From assembly GCA_965644295.1 (NCBI GenBank), contig CBFFRP010000463.1:72992-136991 (forward strand): 64,000 nt of DNA, given 5' to 3'. Shown here one piece after another: positions 1 through 14,061 of the stretch; the stretch's first letter is position 1; every line of letters begins with the position of its first letter. Source of the stretch: Paraphysomonas bandaiensis. Its lineage: Eukaryota > Protista > Chrysophyceae. The notes beneath the pieces were generated by a model. That model ran no database searches. It had not been told where the DNA came from and was given only the letters and a program-made list of their open reading frames with translations. The position numbers and the translations under genes are program-made.

Positions 1-876
1 TCGAATATCTTAGGTCAGTTCTCTGTTCGTTCATTGCGTGTCTAAAGTATTATATATAGCAATGTTGTTACAGCTCTTGGATTGACACAACATCCGATGA
101 TATTACACTTAATACTGTTGCTGAAACAAGACGATTCCAAATTGGTTGCACAAGTGGAATTTATGCCAGGTAAGACCCTTTTGCATTTTATAGTTTTCTC
201 ATCTGTACTTTTATTGCAGTGAATTCTCCTGCACTTACTCTTTTGCGTAAGTTCGACACGAAAATTGTTCAGTCTATATCTCATTCGAGCGAGCAATAAA
301 ATGCGATTACGTAGACATTGACTAGGTCGTCTATGATTTGTAATAATAGTATTTTTTCTGCCTAAGTAACATTGAGCGGTTGAACTTTTACTTTATGTAA
401 GCTATGTCTGAGATCGTTAAAAGGCTGATGGATACTGCTTCAAAGAATTTACAACAAAGTAGCATTGGTAGTCAGTATGTGAATAGATATGTAGATATCT
501 AATAATAGTTTATGGAAATGTGAATAACATTGCGTACAAACGAAATCTAGTTGCATTGAACAGAATGTGATCGGTATATTTTGTCTACTGAGTTAATAAA
601 TGGGGCTAAATCAATTTGGTGATAAAATGAGTGTTCCTTTGAACCAACATGTCAAAATGACACATTTTCAAAAAAACGGAGTTAGCATAATACTTTTGTC
701 ATAATATTCCTATGCATATAGTATTATATATTTAGCCTACTCGAAAATGATATTTCGCTCCGAATAGTCTCGTGTCGATTGGCTGCGAACCCACTCCATT
801 TTTCTTGGATAGTCAGAGTCCGCGACTTAGCAATGGATCCTGTATTCCATAAGCATTGTTACCACTTTCTCTCTCT

Positions 877-1796
877 GTCCTTAAGGTGAACAGCCCGGGT
901 GCTTGACTTCAGCAGGATGCCCTTAAGGTGGGCCCATTCCAGGTTCCCGAATACCTGTTTATTCATTACGGCCCAAAGATATCTGCACAAGTGACACTTA
1001 TTTGTGCCCGTTGTACCACACAAGCATTTGACTATGAGTAGGCAGAACAATATGTGGCTCAGGTTAATTTCCCGGAGAAACATGTCCGGTACCCGGTACT
1101 TATCCCCCAGGACACCACGAATGGTGCGAGTCCAACTTTGTTGAGGGTTTTTAATTGAGAGGGCGTTTTGAGTTCTGTTATTCAAGAACAAATGCAAGCT
1201 GCAGACTGAAAATATTTAAATAAAAACCGTTACGAGTAGTATACAGTTGTGGTTAACCGTATTATGAGAATTAGTATCATGACGATAAGTATATATATAT
1301 AAACGGAGTATAGTGACGATGCAAGTTATAGTGACAACGAAAGCTCGTACGAGAAATGAGTGGTAATAGAGATATTGATTATAATTTATAATTCTCAGCA
1401 TTGAGTATAAGCTTACCTTCAGTTGTTAAGTTAAGACTTCTGCCCCTCAACAAAGTCGGACTCGTACCTTTCGTGGTGTTATGAGGGATAATTACCAGAC
1501 ATATTTCTCCGGGAAACTAACCTGAGCTGCATGCCGCATATATAGGCAGCAGATGTTGTTCTGCCTACTCATATAGTCAAATGCTTGAGTAGTATACCGG
1601 GCACAAATAAGTGTCACTTTTGTAGAAGTTTTTGGGCCTTGCCGAATAAACAGATAAACAGGCGTCGGGAATGAGTCCGCTGTGAGTGTCGCTTGTGTAG
1701 AAGTCTTTAGGTATTGACGAATAAACGGATAAACAGGCATCCGGGGTATTGGGCTACCTGCTGAAGTCAAGCTTCCGGGCTGTTCACCTTAAGGAC
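877..1796. repeat. Inverted pair of an interspersed repeat (877-1147 vs 1444-1796), degenerate transposon remnant
   Basis: GTCCTTAAGGTGAACAGCCCGG at 877 is the reverse complement of CCGGGCTGTTCACCTTAAGGAC ending at 1796. Internal blocks (CACAAGTGACACTTATTTGTGCCCG, TTCCCGGAGAAA, GAGTCC.ACTTTGTTGAGGG) match in inverted order. A third copy lies at about 7684-7968. Confidence 0.8.
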
Positions 1797-2171
1797 TAAA
1801 AAATTCTGAAGTTAGCAGATGTCAGCTAATAATATCACCATTCTGCTTGCTCACTGCGTTTGCTTTGAATGATAGAGCGAAAGTGGTTCCACCTTGGTGC
1901 TTGCGGTGACGCAAGAGCAGCTTTCGTAACGTAAAGTAGTAGGATACCAGAGTTAAGCATTGACTTTTAAACGCCAATTGCTAATAATAAGACATTCACT
2001 AACACTTCTCAATAGATGTCAAACATTGGTATCGATAGTCACGAAAACATTGTTCAAACGTACACACAATTATAGTAGTTTAAAGATCAAAACGAACTAC
2101 GAGCATTTAGAAATATATAACTTTCCATGTGAAAAGATATATATACATAAAATATCACGCACTAGAGAGTA

Positions 2172-4884
2172 CTAAGTCGCAGAGTATAATATGCGAAAAT
2201 GAATCGACATAACTAAGAATGTTGCATACACTACGACTCCGGTTACCCTACAAAAATAAAACACTATATAATAAATTTAATCATCGATATATAAAAACCG
2301 CACCAAATCAACTTCACGCCAGGAGCAAAGGAATAATACGTCGAATCGAGCTCGGACATGTTATCGAAATTCATCCCCCTAAATAAAGTCACATGTAATA
2401 CGTAATCATGGAAACCACAAGACATACCAGTAGCCTGTAAGTATAGTCAACGGTGCTAAGAATACAGTAACTACAGTTAGAACAAAAGAAAAGAAATTCC
2501 GCTTCTCTTCCAGACTGAGTCGTATATCCTCTTTAACTTTTTCCACATCTTTGAGAAGGCACTTCAATTGCTCTGTCCAATACTTAATACCCTTCACTTC
2601 TAGTGATTCGTCCCCTTCAATGACAAACTCAATATTTCGACAAGGGTCATCCCCAAGAAATTCTTTTGCAATATCGTATGATATTGGCACACACTGGCAT
2701 CCACTGGGTAAGGTTGAAAAGCTTAATTGTACCTTGTCAGTAAGACCGGATCGGCGTCTGGAAAGAAGGGATTTATGTTTTATAATTACCTTTCGTTTTG
2801 GAAGTATCGGCGGTACGCTATTGAAATTCGTTTTATCATTGTTGTGTTTCGGACTGTGTTCGTCTGACCCAATGGACTCAGTGTCCACACTCTCAAATGA
2901 CTGGAAGCGACGCTGGCCTTCCTCTTCTTCAAGTGCCGCTTGAGCAGCCTCTTCGGCAGCCAAAGCTTCTTGTGCACGTTGTCTAGCACCCTCAGCATAC
3001 ATACTTTCAAATATTTCCAATGTAGGATCAGCGTAATCTTTTAAATTATTCACAAGAGTGAACATCTCCTTTGCCTATACTTGCGTAAAAACTAAAGTGA
3101 CAACATAAATGTATATCTACATACATGTGCGGAGTGCTTCGAAACAGCTAGATCATCAACTTCACAAGCAATTACATTCAACCAGGCACTGAGCGTGCCC
3201 AGTGTGTTCATTGAAAAGCTATGAAGAAGGGTCACTAACACTGCAGCAAGTGCAGCAGGAGAGTCCGTCAGCTCTCCAGCAGTCGAAACAATACCGTCCT
3301 TACATAGGTTCTGCAATAGCTTCATCCTCACTCCTGTGATAAGACGACCCACTACACCCAGTTTCGAATCCTCTAAAATAGTAGAATTCTTACGGTGAGG
3401 TGATGCTTCCCTCTCTTCGCTGTCTATCTCTCGGATAGTTACACAGCACGCAGGACCGTGTCCTTGATCCAGTATGTGAAGACTTAGGTTATCACACTGA
3501 ATCTTCGGTGGGCGCTTCTTAATTTCACCAGCAGAGAGTAGCCACGTCGGCTCTCGCCGCCAGCTTGAGTTACTTTGGCGGTTTAATGGTGCAGGTGTGA
3601 GAACACTCGACCCTACTAGTGAATCGGCAGTGGAAGCACCTTGGGTTACTTCATTATCAATATCATCACCATTTCTATCATCGTCCAGTCGCTACAGCGC
3701 AAAGAAATTCAGGAAAGCCACAAATTGGTGTGTACAATGTAACTTACATTTGCAATGATCTGTGCATTTTCACATGAGTTTATGAACTCCGTAACAAGCG
3801 ATGTCGCAGATGACGCTCTGAAAAAAAAAGCAAACCTAGAAAAATAGTACTCCATTATTGCAGACTTGGTAGACTGCGAGAAAAGTGAGTCCAATGAAGA
3901 ATCCAACCATGACGGGATGTGGTGCACAATAGGTGTGCCGAGTATCCAGAGAGACTGGCAAAATAGACTAAGAGAGGAGACACCTCCCATGTTGCTAGTA
4001 CCGTTTCCGGCATATATGTGGCTTTTTTCTTCGCGAGGAAGACAAGTACCAAACTGACCAAAACTTGATCGAAACTTACTGTCGTTGGGCAGACCAAGGC
4101 CAGCAATGTACTTGTCCACACGGTGCGATGCAACCTTGACCATTGCTATGTCTATCCACCAGAACACTTTCAGTGGAGACCCCATGTTGTTCATTGCATC
4201 CCGGGTAATTTGCTCATTAATGTCGGCGAGATTCGCACTCCAGTTAGGAACAATTTCATAATCAAGCTCATCTAAGCGTTTATTAGCAGCGCCATCTGTG
4301 CTATAAACTCTCTTCTCGTGCATTAAAAACAAGGGACCGTCAGGCATTTCAGTAACTGAGCCCAAATGAAGTTGAAATATACCTCCTGAAGAGTTATTTC
4401 CATACCTAATAGCACACACGAATTCAGTGGGCTTTCTCTTTTTAGGTGGACCTTTCTTGTCCGTGGAGCTATCGAAACATGAAGCGGGCTTGGTAAATAT
4501 CATTTGGTAGGCAGATACAAATTCTTGCATGTTAAGAGTCCCATTCTTATGAACATCAACCGCCCGAAATACACTGCATTATACATTAATATATAAACCA
4601 AATCACGTATATATGTAACACCTTGCAACGAAATCTTCACTGGCTTTAATTTTCAGTTTATTAATAATCTGAGAGAACTCTTCAAGATCTAATTCGCCGT
4701 TACCATCTCTATCTAGTCGACGAAACAAATCAGATAGTTGTCCAGATGTAAGCATACGTCGAGCTGGTTTTCTTTCCACAGCAGCTGAAACAGAAGCAGA
4801 TCGACTAAATAGACGAAGTAATGATGTCCGATTGCTATGACGATCATGAGTACACTCTGATTCTCTGATTTGTTCCGTAGACAT
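2172..4884 (-). CDS. CorA/Mrs2-like Mg2+ transporter with two N-terminal EF-hands (multi-exon)
   Basis: Exons 4884-4620 (LFRRLDRDGNGELDLEEF) and about 4576-3750 (VDVHKNGTLNMQEF) give an EF-hand pair. The C-terminal exons read LTVVTVFLAPLTILTGYW, then after an intron GMNFDNMSEL (from 2378), the CorA TM1 plus GMN signature. TM2 WVTGVVVYATFLVMSIHF follows, with the stop at 2172-2174. Confidence 0.85.
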
Positions 4885-5314
4885 GATGAGAATGAGATGT
4901 TTTTCAATAGAATGTGGTTTAGTGGAACATATTCATATGGAGGTATGTGTCAGTACGATACGACTGTGACTATGTAAATCTGGTGAGAACATGTACACAG
5001 AGATGATATACAGGATACAACACTTCTGCTACGTCGTATACGTATGTATGTATGTACACTACTCGATGTATAAAAGTACAAAGTACAGAAGTACATTATG
5101 TACTGATATATATTATGTACGAAGTCTGCTGCTGTACTATGGTATGGTGTACCAGTGTACCTATACCCGTATACCAGTATACCATCATATATAATGTTTG
5201 ACAGTGCTATAGATATATATACACATACCACCATACATTACCACTCCTATTGCATAATACTTCATCCAATCTATACAGCAATCAGTTAACAATTATTTAA
5301 TCCATAAACTGACA

Positions 5315-6863
5315 ATGAGTGATGAAGAATATGAATATGATTATGGATCTGATGCAGATTATGACTATGGATCAGACGGAGATGAAGAAGGAGGAGATGA
5401 TGAATTAATAGAAATTGAAAACTCTTATTATGAAGGTGATGATTGCAAGTATCAGAATCCATTGGAAGCAGTTAGATTGTATGTATTATTTATTATATTA
5501 ATTATTAGATTATTATTTTTTGTAAATAGATTTGAGAGAGTTGTTGAAATGGAAACTAATCGTGGTGAAGATGTTGTCTGGTATATAGTCATATCTACCT
5601 ATAAGTACATTGGTTTAATGTTAATGCAGGAGATTTAAAGCTCTTCGTAATTTGGTTGTATTATACTTTTCTCTGGACGAGAATTCTAAGATGTTGGAGC
5701 GCTATCGACTTATGTTGAGCTACATGAATAAAGTTACGAGAAACGATTGTACGGATGCGATCAATGTGGTGTTGGACACCCTGCAGACTGCAAAAGAAAT
5801 TTCTAATCTTTCTGAAGTAAGAACATGCTATATCTTGTGATGTATATAATTATTCGTTTGAACTTGATACAGATGTATGAGGTTACGCTTGATGCCCTGA
5901 AGTCCGCGAACAATGAAAGGCTCTGGTTCAACACTAATTTAAAGTTAGCTAAATTGTACATGGACACAAATAAAATCAATGATGTGGAACGCATTCTGTT
6001 GCTATTGAAAAGCTCCTGTCAACACCCGGATGGCTCTGATGATATCAGCAAGGGTACTTATCTGCTGGAGGTGTACTGCTTGGAGATACAATTGTGCACC
6101 CTCACCCAAGACCCTGCGCGCATGCGCCAGATTTATCCACGCACCCTCAATCTTAACGCTGCAGTATCTGATCCTCGCATAATGGGTGTTATTCGAGAAG
6201 AGGGGGGAAAGATGTATATGATAGAAGGCCAGTGGAAGGAGGCCTACGACGAGCTCTTCGAAGCATTTCGTGCCTACCAGCAGGCTGGTAACTCCAGGGC
6301 CAAATCCTGTCTTAAATACGTCGTCTTGGCATCAATGCTCGCTTTGAGCGATATTAACCCCTTTTCTGCGCGCGAAGCGAAGGTTTATGCTGATGATAAG
6401 GAGATACTGGCGATGAGTCAGCTGCGGCAATCCCTAGAGGCCAATGATTTGAAGCGGTTTGAGAGAATCATCCGTGACAGGAGCAATCGCATATGTGACG
6501 AGCCCTTCTTAATGACATACATCGATTCCCTCAGGAGGCGCATGCGGGAGCAGGTGAGTGCGGTATGCTAATCATAAGAACTTTGTAATAGTTCGTTGAT
6601 AGGCATTGTTAAGTCTGACGAAACCATATCAGAAAGTATCACTAGCATATTTGGGGCAGGAGTTGTCTCTGGAAGTGTCTGACGTTGAAAGTCTTCTGGT
6701 GGATCTAATAATGGATGACAAGCTTGAGGGAAACGTTGACCAAGTGAATGGCAATGTAGTTTTGAGTCGAAAAGATAAATCGCTTGATCTTAAAAAGCTC
6801 CAAGCAATAGAGAAGTATGCAGACGCTGAACGTAAAGTGTTGAAAGATTTTCCATTCCGCTGA
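5315..6863 (+). CDS. COPS2: COP9 signalosome subunit 2 (multi-exon)
   Basis: Acidic N-terminus; motifs IENSYY, NERLWFNTNLKLAKLY, LLEVYCLEIQ, DPRIMGVIREEGGKM and CLKYVVLASML...INPF; PCI-domain C-terminus (LTKPYQKV...VESLLVDLIMD). Confidence 0.93.
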
Positions 6864-7301
6864 AACTGATTTTGTAGTATTATGACTGTGATAAATATTC
6901 CATTGAAATATTTGGTAGGATAATGAATGAACATGTGTTGTAACTGTATCATAGCGATTAATAACTACTTGAAGTACAATTAATCTTCCGCTCACCGCTC
7001 AATGTAGAAAACACTACATTACTGTAATACAGGTAATACAGTCTGGAAGTGACAATGGGACTTAGGTGTGACAATATTTCCTTTCAAAATTTTGCTTTTA
7101 ATTTTGCTACTCCTCCACACTAGCTTCTGTGCTCTTACTAATTAACGTGAAGCTTGATGAAACATGTGCTGTCATCTTTGCTGTGGATATGTGCACTAGT
7201 TATCTACTTAGCCACATCCTCCTGATTCTAATTGTACTTGCAATAATGTGTTCAACATTTGTGGTATATTCAGATATTGTAAGGTCCATTACACATTACA
7301 C

Positions 7302-8059
7302 AGTAGTGAGTGTCTTATTATTAGCAATATAATTGTAATAACCAGAATTTAATGCAGCAAAACAGTTTAACTAACTCATGCTTAACTCTCTGATATCCTA
7401 CAAGTTTACGCTACAAAAAGCTGCTTGTGCGTCACCGCAAGCACCATGATGGAACCGCGTTCGCTCTATCGCTCAAATCAAACCCACCAGTGAGCAAGCA
7501 AAATGTTGATGTTATTACCTGACAACTGCCGACTTCAGGGTCCATTACACATGACGGAAATTCGTACATCCCCCAACACCCAACACCCTTGAGATTACAC
7601 CTGCTCCTGCATTGTAAAATATTTCGACTCCATGCTCTATATATCAACAACAGCCTCCTATTTTGATAGCTAAGAATGTGATCCCCCTCAACAAATTTGG
7701 ACTCGTACCATTCGTGGTGTTCTGAGTTCTGAGGGATAAGTACCGGACATGTTTCTCCGGGAAACTAACCTGAGCTGCATGCCGCATATATAGGCAGCAG
7801 ATATTGTTCTGCCCACTCATAGCCAAATGCTTGTGTGGTACAACGTACAACGCGCACAAATAAATGTCACTTGTGTAGAAGTTTTTGGGCGCTGACGAGT
7901 ACACACGCATCCGGGAATGGGCTCACCTCAAGGGCATCCGGTGTGTTGGCTGCCTACTGAAGTCAAGTATTTATCAGAGTTAAGCACTAGTTAGTAGTTA
8001 AATTGTTTTTTGCTACATTAGTTCTAACTCCTATTGCAAATAATCAGACATTCACTACT
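7302..8059. mobile_element. Non-autonomous DNA element with degenerate ~90-bp terminal inverted repeats
   Basis: The left arm AGTAGTGAGTGTCTTATTATTAGCAATA...GCAGCAAAACAGTTTAACTAACTCATGCTTAACTCT is inverted relative to the right arm AGAGTTAAGCACTAGTTAGTAGTTAAATTGTTTTTTGCTACATTA...ATTGCAAATAATCAGACATTCACTACT. Internal segments are shared with 1444-2001 and 35468-35640. No clear target-site duplication (TSD). Confidence 0.6.
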
Positions 8060-8275
8060 ACCTGGTCACCACCAGATATTAACTATGATAAGGTACTGAC
8101 GAGGAAGGAAGTTAATTGTCGACATGATCCTTTTTTGCTTTATACTCACATTACGCATGTTCGCATTCAGCTAACATAAATTGCACCAACAAGCCTACAA
8201 CCATATGCTATATTCAAAAGTACTCACGAGACTATAAATAATGGTTACAATTTTATTCAACCAAATATTGTACTA

Positions 8276-10173
8276 CTATGGTTTCCACAATTTTAATTCG
8301 CCATTATCGGTAATTGTTGCAACTAAGTTCCGATGGGGATGGTGAGCAATTCCTATCACCTCTCTATCTGCAGCCTCCAGTACATTTTCTAACTGACCTG
8401 TCTGTGTATCAAACATGTACATAACTCCGTCTTCCCCCATACAATATACCCACTTTCCTGGTGTAAATGTAACTAGAGAGTCACACAATCAGAAATGATA
8501 ATTTACCTTGCGGGGAAGTTGTTGCGCATGTGAAGTCTCCGCCTGAAGCTTTTCCCGATGAAAAGGTTTTAACCACCTATCAAAATCCGATTACAATATA
8601 AAATACAGACTGTCGATTATATACCTGGCCTTGTGTGGTCATTACAAATGCTTGGGGTCCTTTCACACACACCAGAATATGATCAGGGTTCGTAGGCATC
8701 AACTGTATTGTGTGCACTGCTATCTCTCTCGCAAGTGATCCAGCAGAAAGTCCTGGTCTATATACAAATAACATAAATTAAAAGTTGTGGACCACACATT
8801 AACAAATCACCTAAAGTTCAGTAGACATTCAGTGGTACGAACGTCCCAAAGTCTGATAGAACCATCAGACGAAGCTGACAGAGCGTTGGACCCATCCTTG
8901 GTATATATGACGGAATTCACAAATGATGTATGTCCCCTGCATACACAGTTACACAACCATGACGCGGTAAACCGGTGTTTTCCCACCTAAACTCCTTCAG
9001 TGTTTTACCAGACTTTAGTCCATGGATTCGTGCAAGACAATCGAAGGACCCCGTTAGCAGCTGAGAGCTATCCTTGGCAAAACACAGAGCAGTTACTCCC
9101 TGTGAGTGTGCCCGGTTGAACTTTCTTAGGCAAGCACCGGTGGACAGCCTCCATACTTTCACCTTACCATCTCGGCTACCTGTGGCAAGAAGTTCTCCAT
9201 CTCTGTTAAATGTCGAACAAAGTATTGGCTCCTCTTCGTGCATCATAAGCTCGTCCTTCTCCTGGTACTCCAAGTCTTTCCGCAACCTGCACGTGTCCGC
9301 ATCCCAAACTTCCACGAAACCGTCAACCGACCCAGTAACAAGGCTCGTACCATCGGGAGAAAATATAGTTGTCTCTGGATGGGAATCTGGACTGAACTTT
9401 ATGTGTCCCGCCTGGCGACGCGGCATTTTTTCTTCCTGGTCTTTGCGAGTTGATCGACGCCCCCCACGGAACAAGTCCATAGTGCCGTCTTTCGGAATCA
9501 GTCCTTGCGCTTGTTGAAACCGTAGTGCTTGTCCAAGTAATGACAGCAACCGTGACGGTGGTACAACAGATACCTCACTCGAGAGTGCATCTGCGATTTC
9601 ATGGCGTCTTCGTTCTTTGGTGATACCCATCTCGTATGCATCCGAATCCACGAACACCGGTCGTTGACACAGGTGCTCAAGTTTCATGTAGCGGTCGGGC
9701 TGCTCTACTTTCATGTATCGCATGGGTTCGGTGGTGCGCAATAGCTATAAAAACATTAGACGCATCGAGGGAAGTGCTGTGATTTTACCTCCCGAGCAAG
9801 ATCAACTTCACGGGCTTCCAAGAGTTCTATTACCACCTGCTCGTATAAGTTCACAAGCTTCTCCCGAGGTAGCTGTAGAGATGATACTTGCGATAATACA
9901 AGGTCCCATCTGCCGGAATGGATATCCGATATAAAAGTCTCCATGTTAGCCACCTTTTAAACTATTAGTTGAGTTAGTTGATTGAAGGCAGTTATACTCA
10001 CAGTGTTTAATGATACGCCTGATTCCACTTGAAGAGCTTTCATGGCATCATTCATATTGTTTTCCTTTAAGAATTGTAGAATGAGTTTGACGACATCCTG
10101 TGAATCTGATAGTATGCAGTGTCACTTCTGTGTGTTGGTATATATATATATATGCACCTATTTCCAAGTTCAT
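8276..10173 (-). CDS. SMU1: WD40 spliceosomal protein SMU1 (multi-exon)
   Basis: N-terminus [16 protein letters not shown]...ESGVSLNTV; motifs [51 protein letters not shown] and [14 protein letters not shown]; ends [10 protein letters not shown]...LKLWKP. Confidence 0.95.
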
Positions 10174-10706
10174 CGGCTGTATTTAAAGGCAGATACTGCA
10201 GTCTATTAAAAGATTATTGGATAAAATGCAATAGAGACACACACTACACTATAGGATAGTATGAATAGTATTAAGGTTATAGACGATATGTATATATGAT
10301 ATATGTATGTATATATGGCAGTGTACAATAACAGGAGTAGACTGTACCTGTATATATGGTGTACAGCAGTACATATATGTACAGATGGAATGACTGAGTA
10401 CAGTCTCGTCCTCCAGACATGCATACATTCTTACGAGAGATCCTTCAATATCCATATCATACATATGCATTATCTCATAAATTTAATTTCGAGTACTTCA
10501 GTATGCACTTTTGTTGAGAAAAGTCCCAATCAGATGCTTTGAATCACATCATTCTCACACTTCATCTTCACTTCATCTTCACTTCGTCTTCTTATATATA
10601 TATTCCTGTATATAATCCGATGTTTACACTTATTATTTACATAAGTATGAATCAATACACAATACACGAATATCTATCCACATATTGATAAGATTGAGAT
10701 TTAAGC

Positions 10707-13700
10707 ATGGAAGTCGATACAGAGGACTCTAATAGAATTATTACTGCTGTCAGAATCAGGCCTTTGTCTTCAGAAGAGACTTCTAAAGGCTCGAATATCG
10801 TCGCATCGGCTGACTATCACAGAAATGAAATAATCCTACTAAACCCTGTGTTTTTTAAGTCTAGTCAGCAAACAGAGAGGCTGAGGAAATTAGAAGAGCG
10901 CCGGTTTGCATGTGATCATGTGTTTTGGTCCGTAGAAGAGACTCATGCGGATTATTGCGGTCAGGAGGATGTGTATAGTAAGGTAGGAAGCCCTATAGTG
11001 CAGAATGCATTAGCTGGACTGAACTGCTGCATGTTTGCTTATGGTAAGGATGCAACTGTTGTGCCTTCATACTATTTATTTATCATCTGCAGGGCAAACC
11101 GGTAGTGGTAAAACGTATACTATGATGGGAAATCCAGTAAACGATGATGCTGGAGTCATTCCAAGATTATGCCGCAGTGTATTCCATGCAGTTAATGAGA
11201 GAATTATGCGTACTTCAGAAGTAAATGCGAGAGGTGAAATGAATGAAAATGACTATATGGAGCCTTTTTTTACTATTGATGCGTCCATCGATGTCGCGTA
11301 TTATGAAATTTATAATGAACGTGTATATGATCTCTTATCTGAGACTCCGGAAACACCATCCAAAGTTAGGGAACGCCCCGGTGAAGGGGCATACGTAGAG
11401 GGGCTAGTCATGCGCCCAGTTAAGTGCTACGACGATGTCCACATGGTATTAGAGGAGGGACATAGCAAGAGACAAGTGGCCGAGACTTCAATGAATGCGG
11501 AAAGTTCTCGCTCCCATGCTATATTCACAATGTTTCTTCGACAGAAAGTTTGTGTACCAACAATGGAGTGTCAAAGTCTAAAGGAAATACAGCCTATCCA
11601 GCGGAGGAGCAAAGTCTGCTTGATCGATCTTGCTGGGAGCGAACGCATTAATTCCACTGGTGCTACTGGGGACAGGCTAAAGGAGGCCACTAATATCAAT
11701 AAGTCGCTCTTCGTACTTGGAGATGTTATCAAATCTCTTTCTGAAATGGTAGAGGGTGGCGGCGACAAGTTTGTACCGTACCGAAACTCCACGCTGACTT
11801 GGATACTGAAGGATAGTCTTGGAGGAAATAGCAGAACTACTATGCTTGCCACGATCAGTCCCATTGATGCTTCGTACAGTGAATCCATGAACACGCTTCG
11901 ATATGTAGAGCGCGCCAAACTAATCATGAGCAATGCTGTTGTCAACGACGACAACAGCAACGATCCGTATGTGAAGCATTTACAACAACAGCTCGCCCTG
12001 TACAAAGGGAAGCTTAGTGCAGCTCTAATGAGCATTCGCGAGAAAGATGCAATTCATCAGCAACAGCTATGTGCTCTTCAAAGTGAACTGGATGCTGTGT
12101 CTTCTGGCTCCATCACTCAGTCTAAGATGCTTCGTGGTAACAGTGATGATCTTAAAGTAGACATCCTTGCCTGTTCAAGTGACTTTTCAGATGATGAGGC
12201 TATATCAGAGGGAAACACGACTTTTGTTACTGACAGACACAGAGGTGAACATCTGTGTATAAGGGATGAAGTAGGTCCAAATGAAATTGAGTCACTGAAA
12301 AAGTCATTGCGTACGTCTTTGATGGAGTATGAAATGCTGAACCAGCGAATGCTTCATGCGGACGATATGCATAAAATTGAGGTGCAGTTCCTTGAAGAGC
12401 GGGTAAGATCACTGGAGTGTGATATGGAACTTGCAGCGGTCTCTCCCGGTAGCCCGAGCGAGAGAGAAAATGAAGAACGTGTGGGTGGGCTACATATTAT
12501 AATCGAGCAGCTTCGAATTCGCTTAGAATCTGTGGAAAGTGAGTTATATGCCACACAAGAAAAGAGTTTATGCGATTCACGTAACTTTGAAGAAAAATCG
12601 GCGAGTTACGAGGCTGTCATAAACCGGTTGAATGAAGAGTTACAGACTGAGCGAAGGCGCTATGACAATGACAGGAAGAAATACCAATTACACGTTTCTT
12701 CTTTAAACGATAAGTTAAGAAAATTAGATGAAGATAACAATATAAATATGTTGCAGTATGAAGCGAAAATTGCTCATTTGTCTGAAACAGTATCTGATTT
12801 AATGGAGGAAACTGAAGCGACACGGCAACAGCTATCTCTTGAGAAATCTGCCCATCAAGACACTGCCGCATCGGCACAAACCGCAACTGCTCTGCACAAG
12901 GATCACATATCTGACATGTATTGTGTGTTAAAAAAAATATGGCATATGACAACCTCAAGAAATGATGAATCCTGCGATGTTGAAGATTTTATTGCTCATA
13001 GCGACAACTTGACGGATATAGCAGACCGTTATTGTTTGATTTTACAGCATTTTAATCAAGTTTTTGAGCAGCTACGATATACTTCCTCAACACGAGATGA
13101 ACAACTTCGAGAAACTGAGATTGCATTACAGGCCAAGACGGCGGAGTTGTCTTCATTCCGCAGTGAACATGAATCTGAATTGGCAGCTACGTGTTTGGAG
13201 TTGAGTGATCTTCGGGCCGGTATATCTTCCTGTAATGAGCAGCTTCGGGAAACTGAGATTGCATTACAGGCCAAGACGGCGGAGTTGTCTTCATGCCGCA
13301 GTGAACATGAATCTGAATTGGCAGCTACGCGTTTGGAGTTGAGTGAGCTTCGGGCCGATATATCTTCCTGTAATGAGCAGCTTCGGGAAACTGAGATTGC
13401 ATTACAGGCCAAGACGGCGGAGTTGTCTTCATGCCGCAGTGAACATGAATCTGAATTGGCAGCTACGCGTTTGGAGTTGAGTGAGCTTCGGGCCGATATA
13501 TCTTCCTGTAATGAGCAGCTTCGGGAAGCTGAAATCGCATTACAGGCCAAGACGGCGGAGTTGTCTTCATGCCGCAGTGAACATGAATCTGAATTGGCAG
13601 CTACGCGTTTGGAGTTGAGTGAGCTTCGGGCCGATATATCTTCCTGTAATGAGCAGCTTCGAGAATCTGAGAGTGCCTCTCAACTCAAGGAGTCAGTTGA

Positions 13701-14061
13701 TGACACTAATATGGTGCAAAGAGGGGGGTTAGCGCCAAATTCTTCTGCGTTGGACTGCCAATCAGCTGAGATCTCGCGCAATAACGCGTACACTGCAGTG
13801 CCATTGCTACCTGATCAGCAAATGACAGAAGAAGCGAATTCGAAATCTAGTGATGCCGTCTCTAGTATTAAAAAAGATGAGGTTTCAGAACATCAGGAAC
13901 AATCTCTAATCGATCAACTTCGAAAGGTAGAAAATGAGTTCGAGGAATATCGTAAAATACATGGCACTTTACTTCATGACGCAGAAGAGACGGTACAGAA
14001 GTTAAAGGCACAATTGCGTTCCAAAAATGATGAGCGTAGTACTATATGTTGCTTTTCCTGA
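10707..14061 (+). CDS. N-terminal motor kinesin (kinesin-3-like) with long coiled-coil tail
   Basis: AVRIRP; FAYG/QTGSGKTYTMMG split by an intron at about 11045-11092; YYEIYNERVYDLL; MNAESSRSHAIF; LIDLAGSER; RLKEATNINKSL; VPYRNSTLTWILKDSLGGNSRT. The 3' end may include further exons. Confidence 0.9.
13099..13670 (+). repeat. Coding tandem repeat, 138 bp (46 aa) x about 4.1, in the kinesin stalk
   Basis: The unit EQLRETEIALQAKTAELSSCRSEHESELAATRLELSELRADISSCN starts at 13099, 13237, 13375 and 13513, with a partial copy at 13651. Copies are near-identical at DNA level. Confidence 0.95.

Noticed and set aside
42-2175. Short ORFs at the window start and the many antisense or overlapping ORFs throughout the track
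   Set aside because: They have no recognisable motifs and overlap repeats, low-complexity spacers or the opposite strand of real genes.
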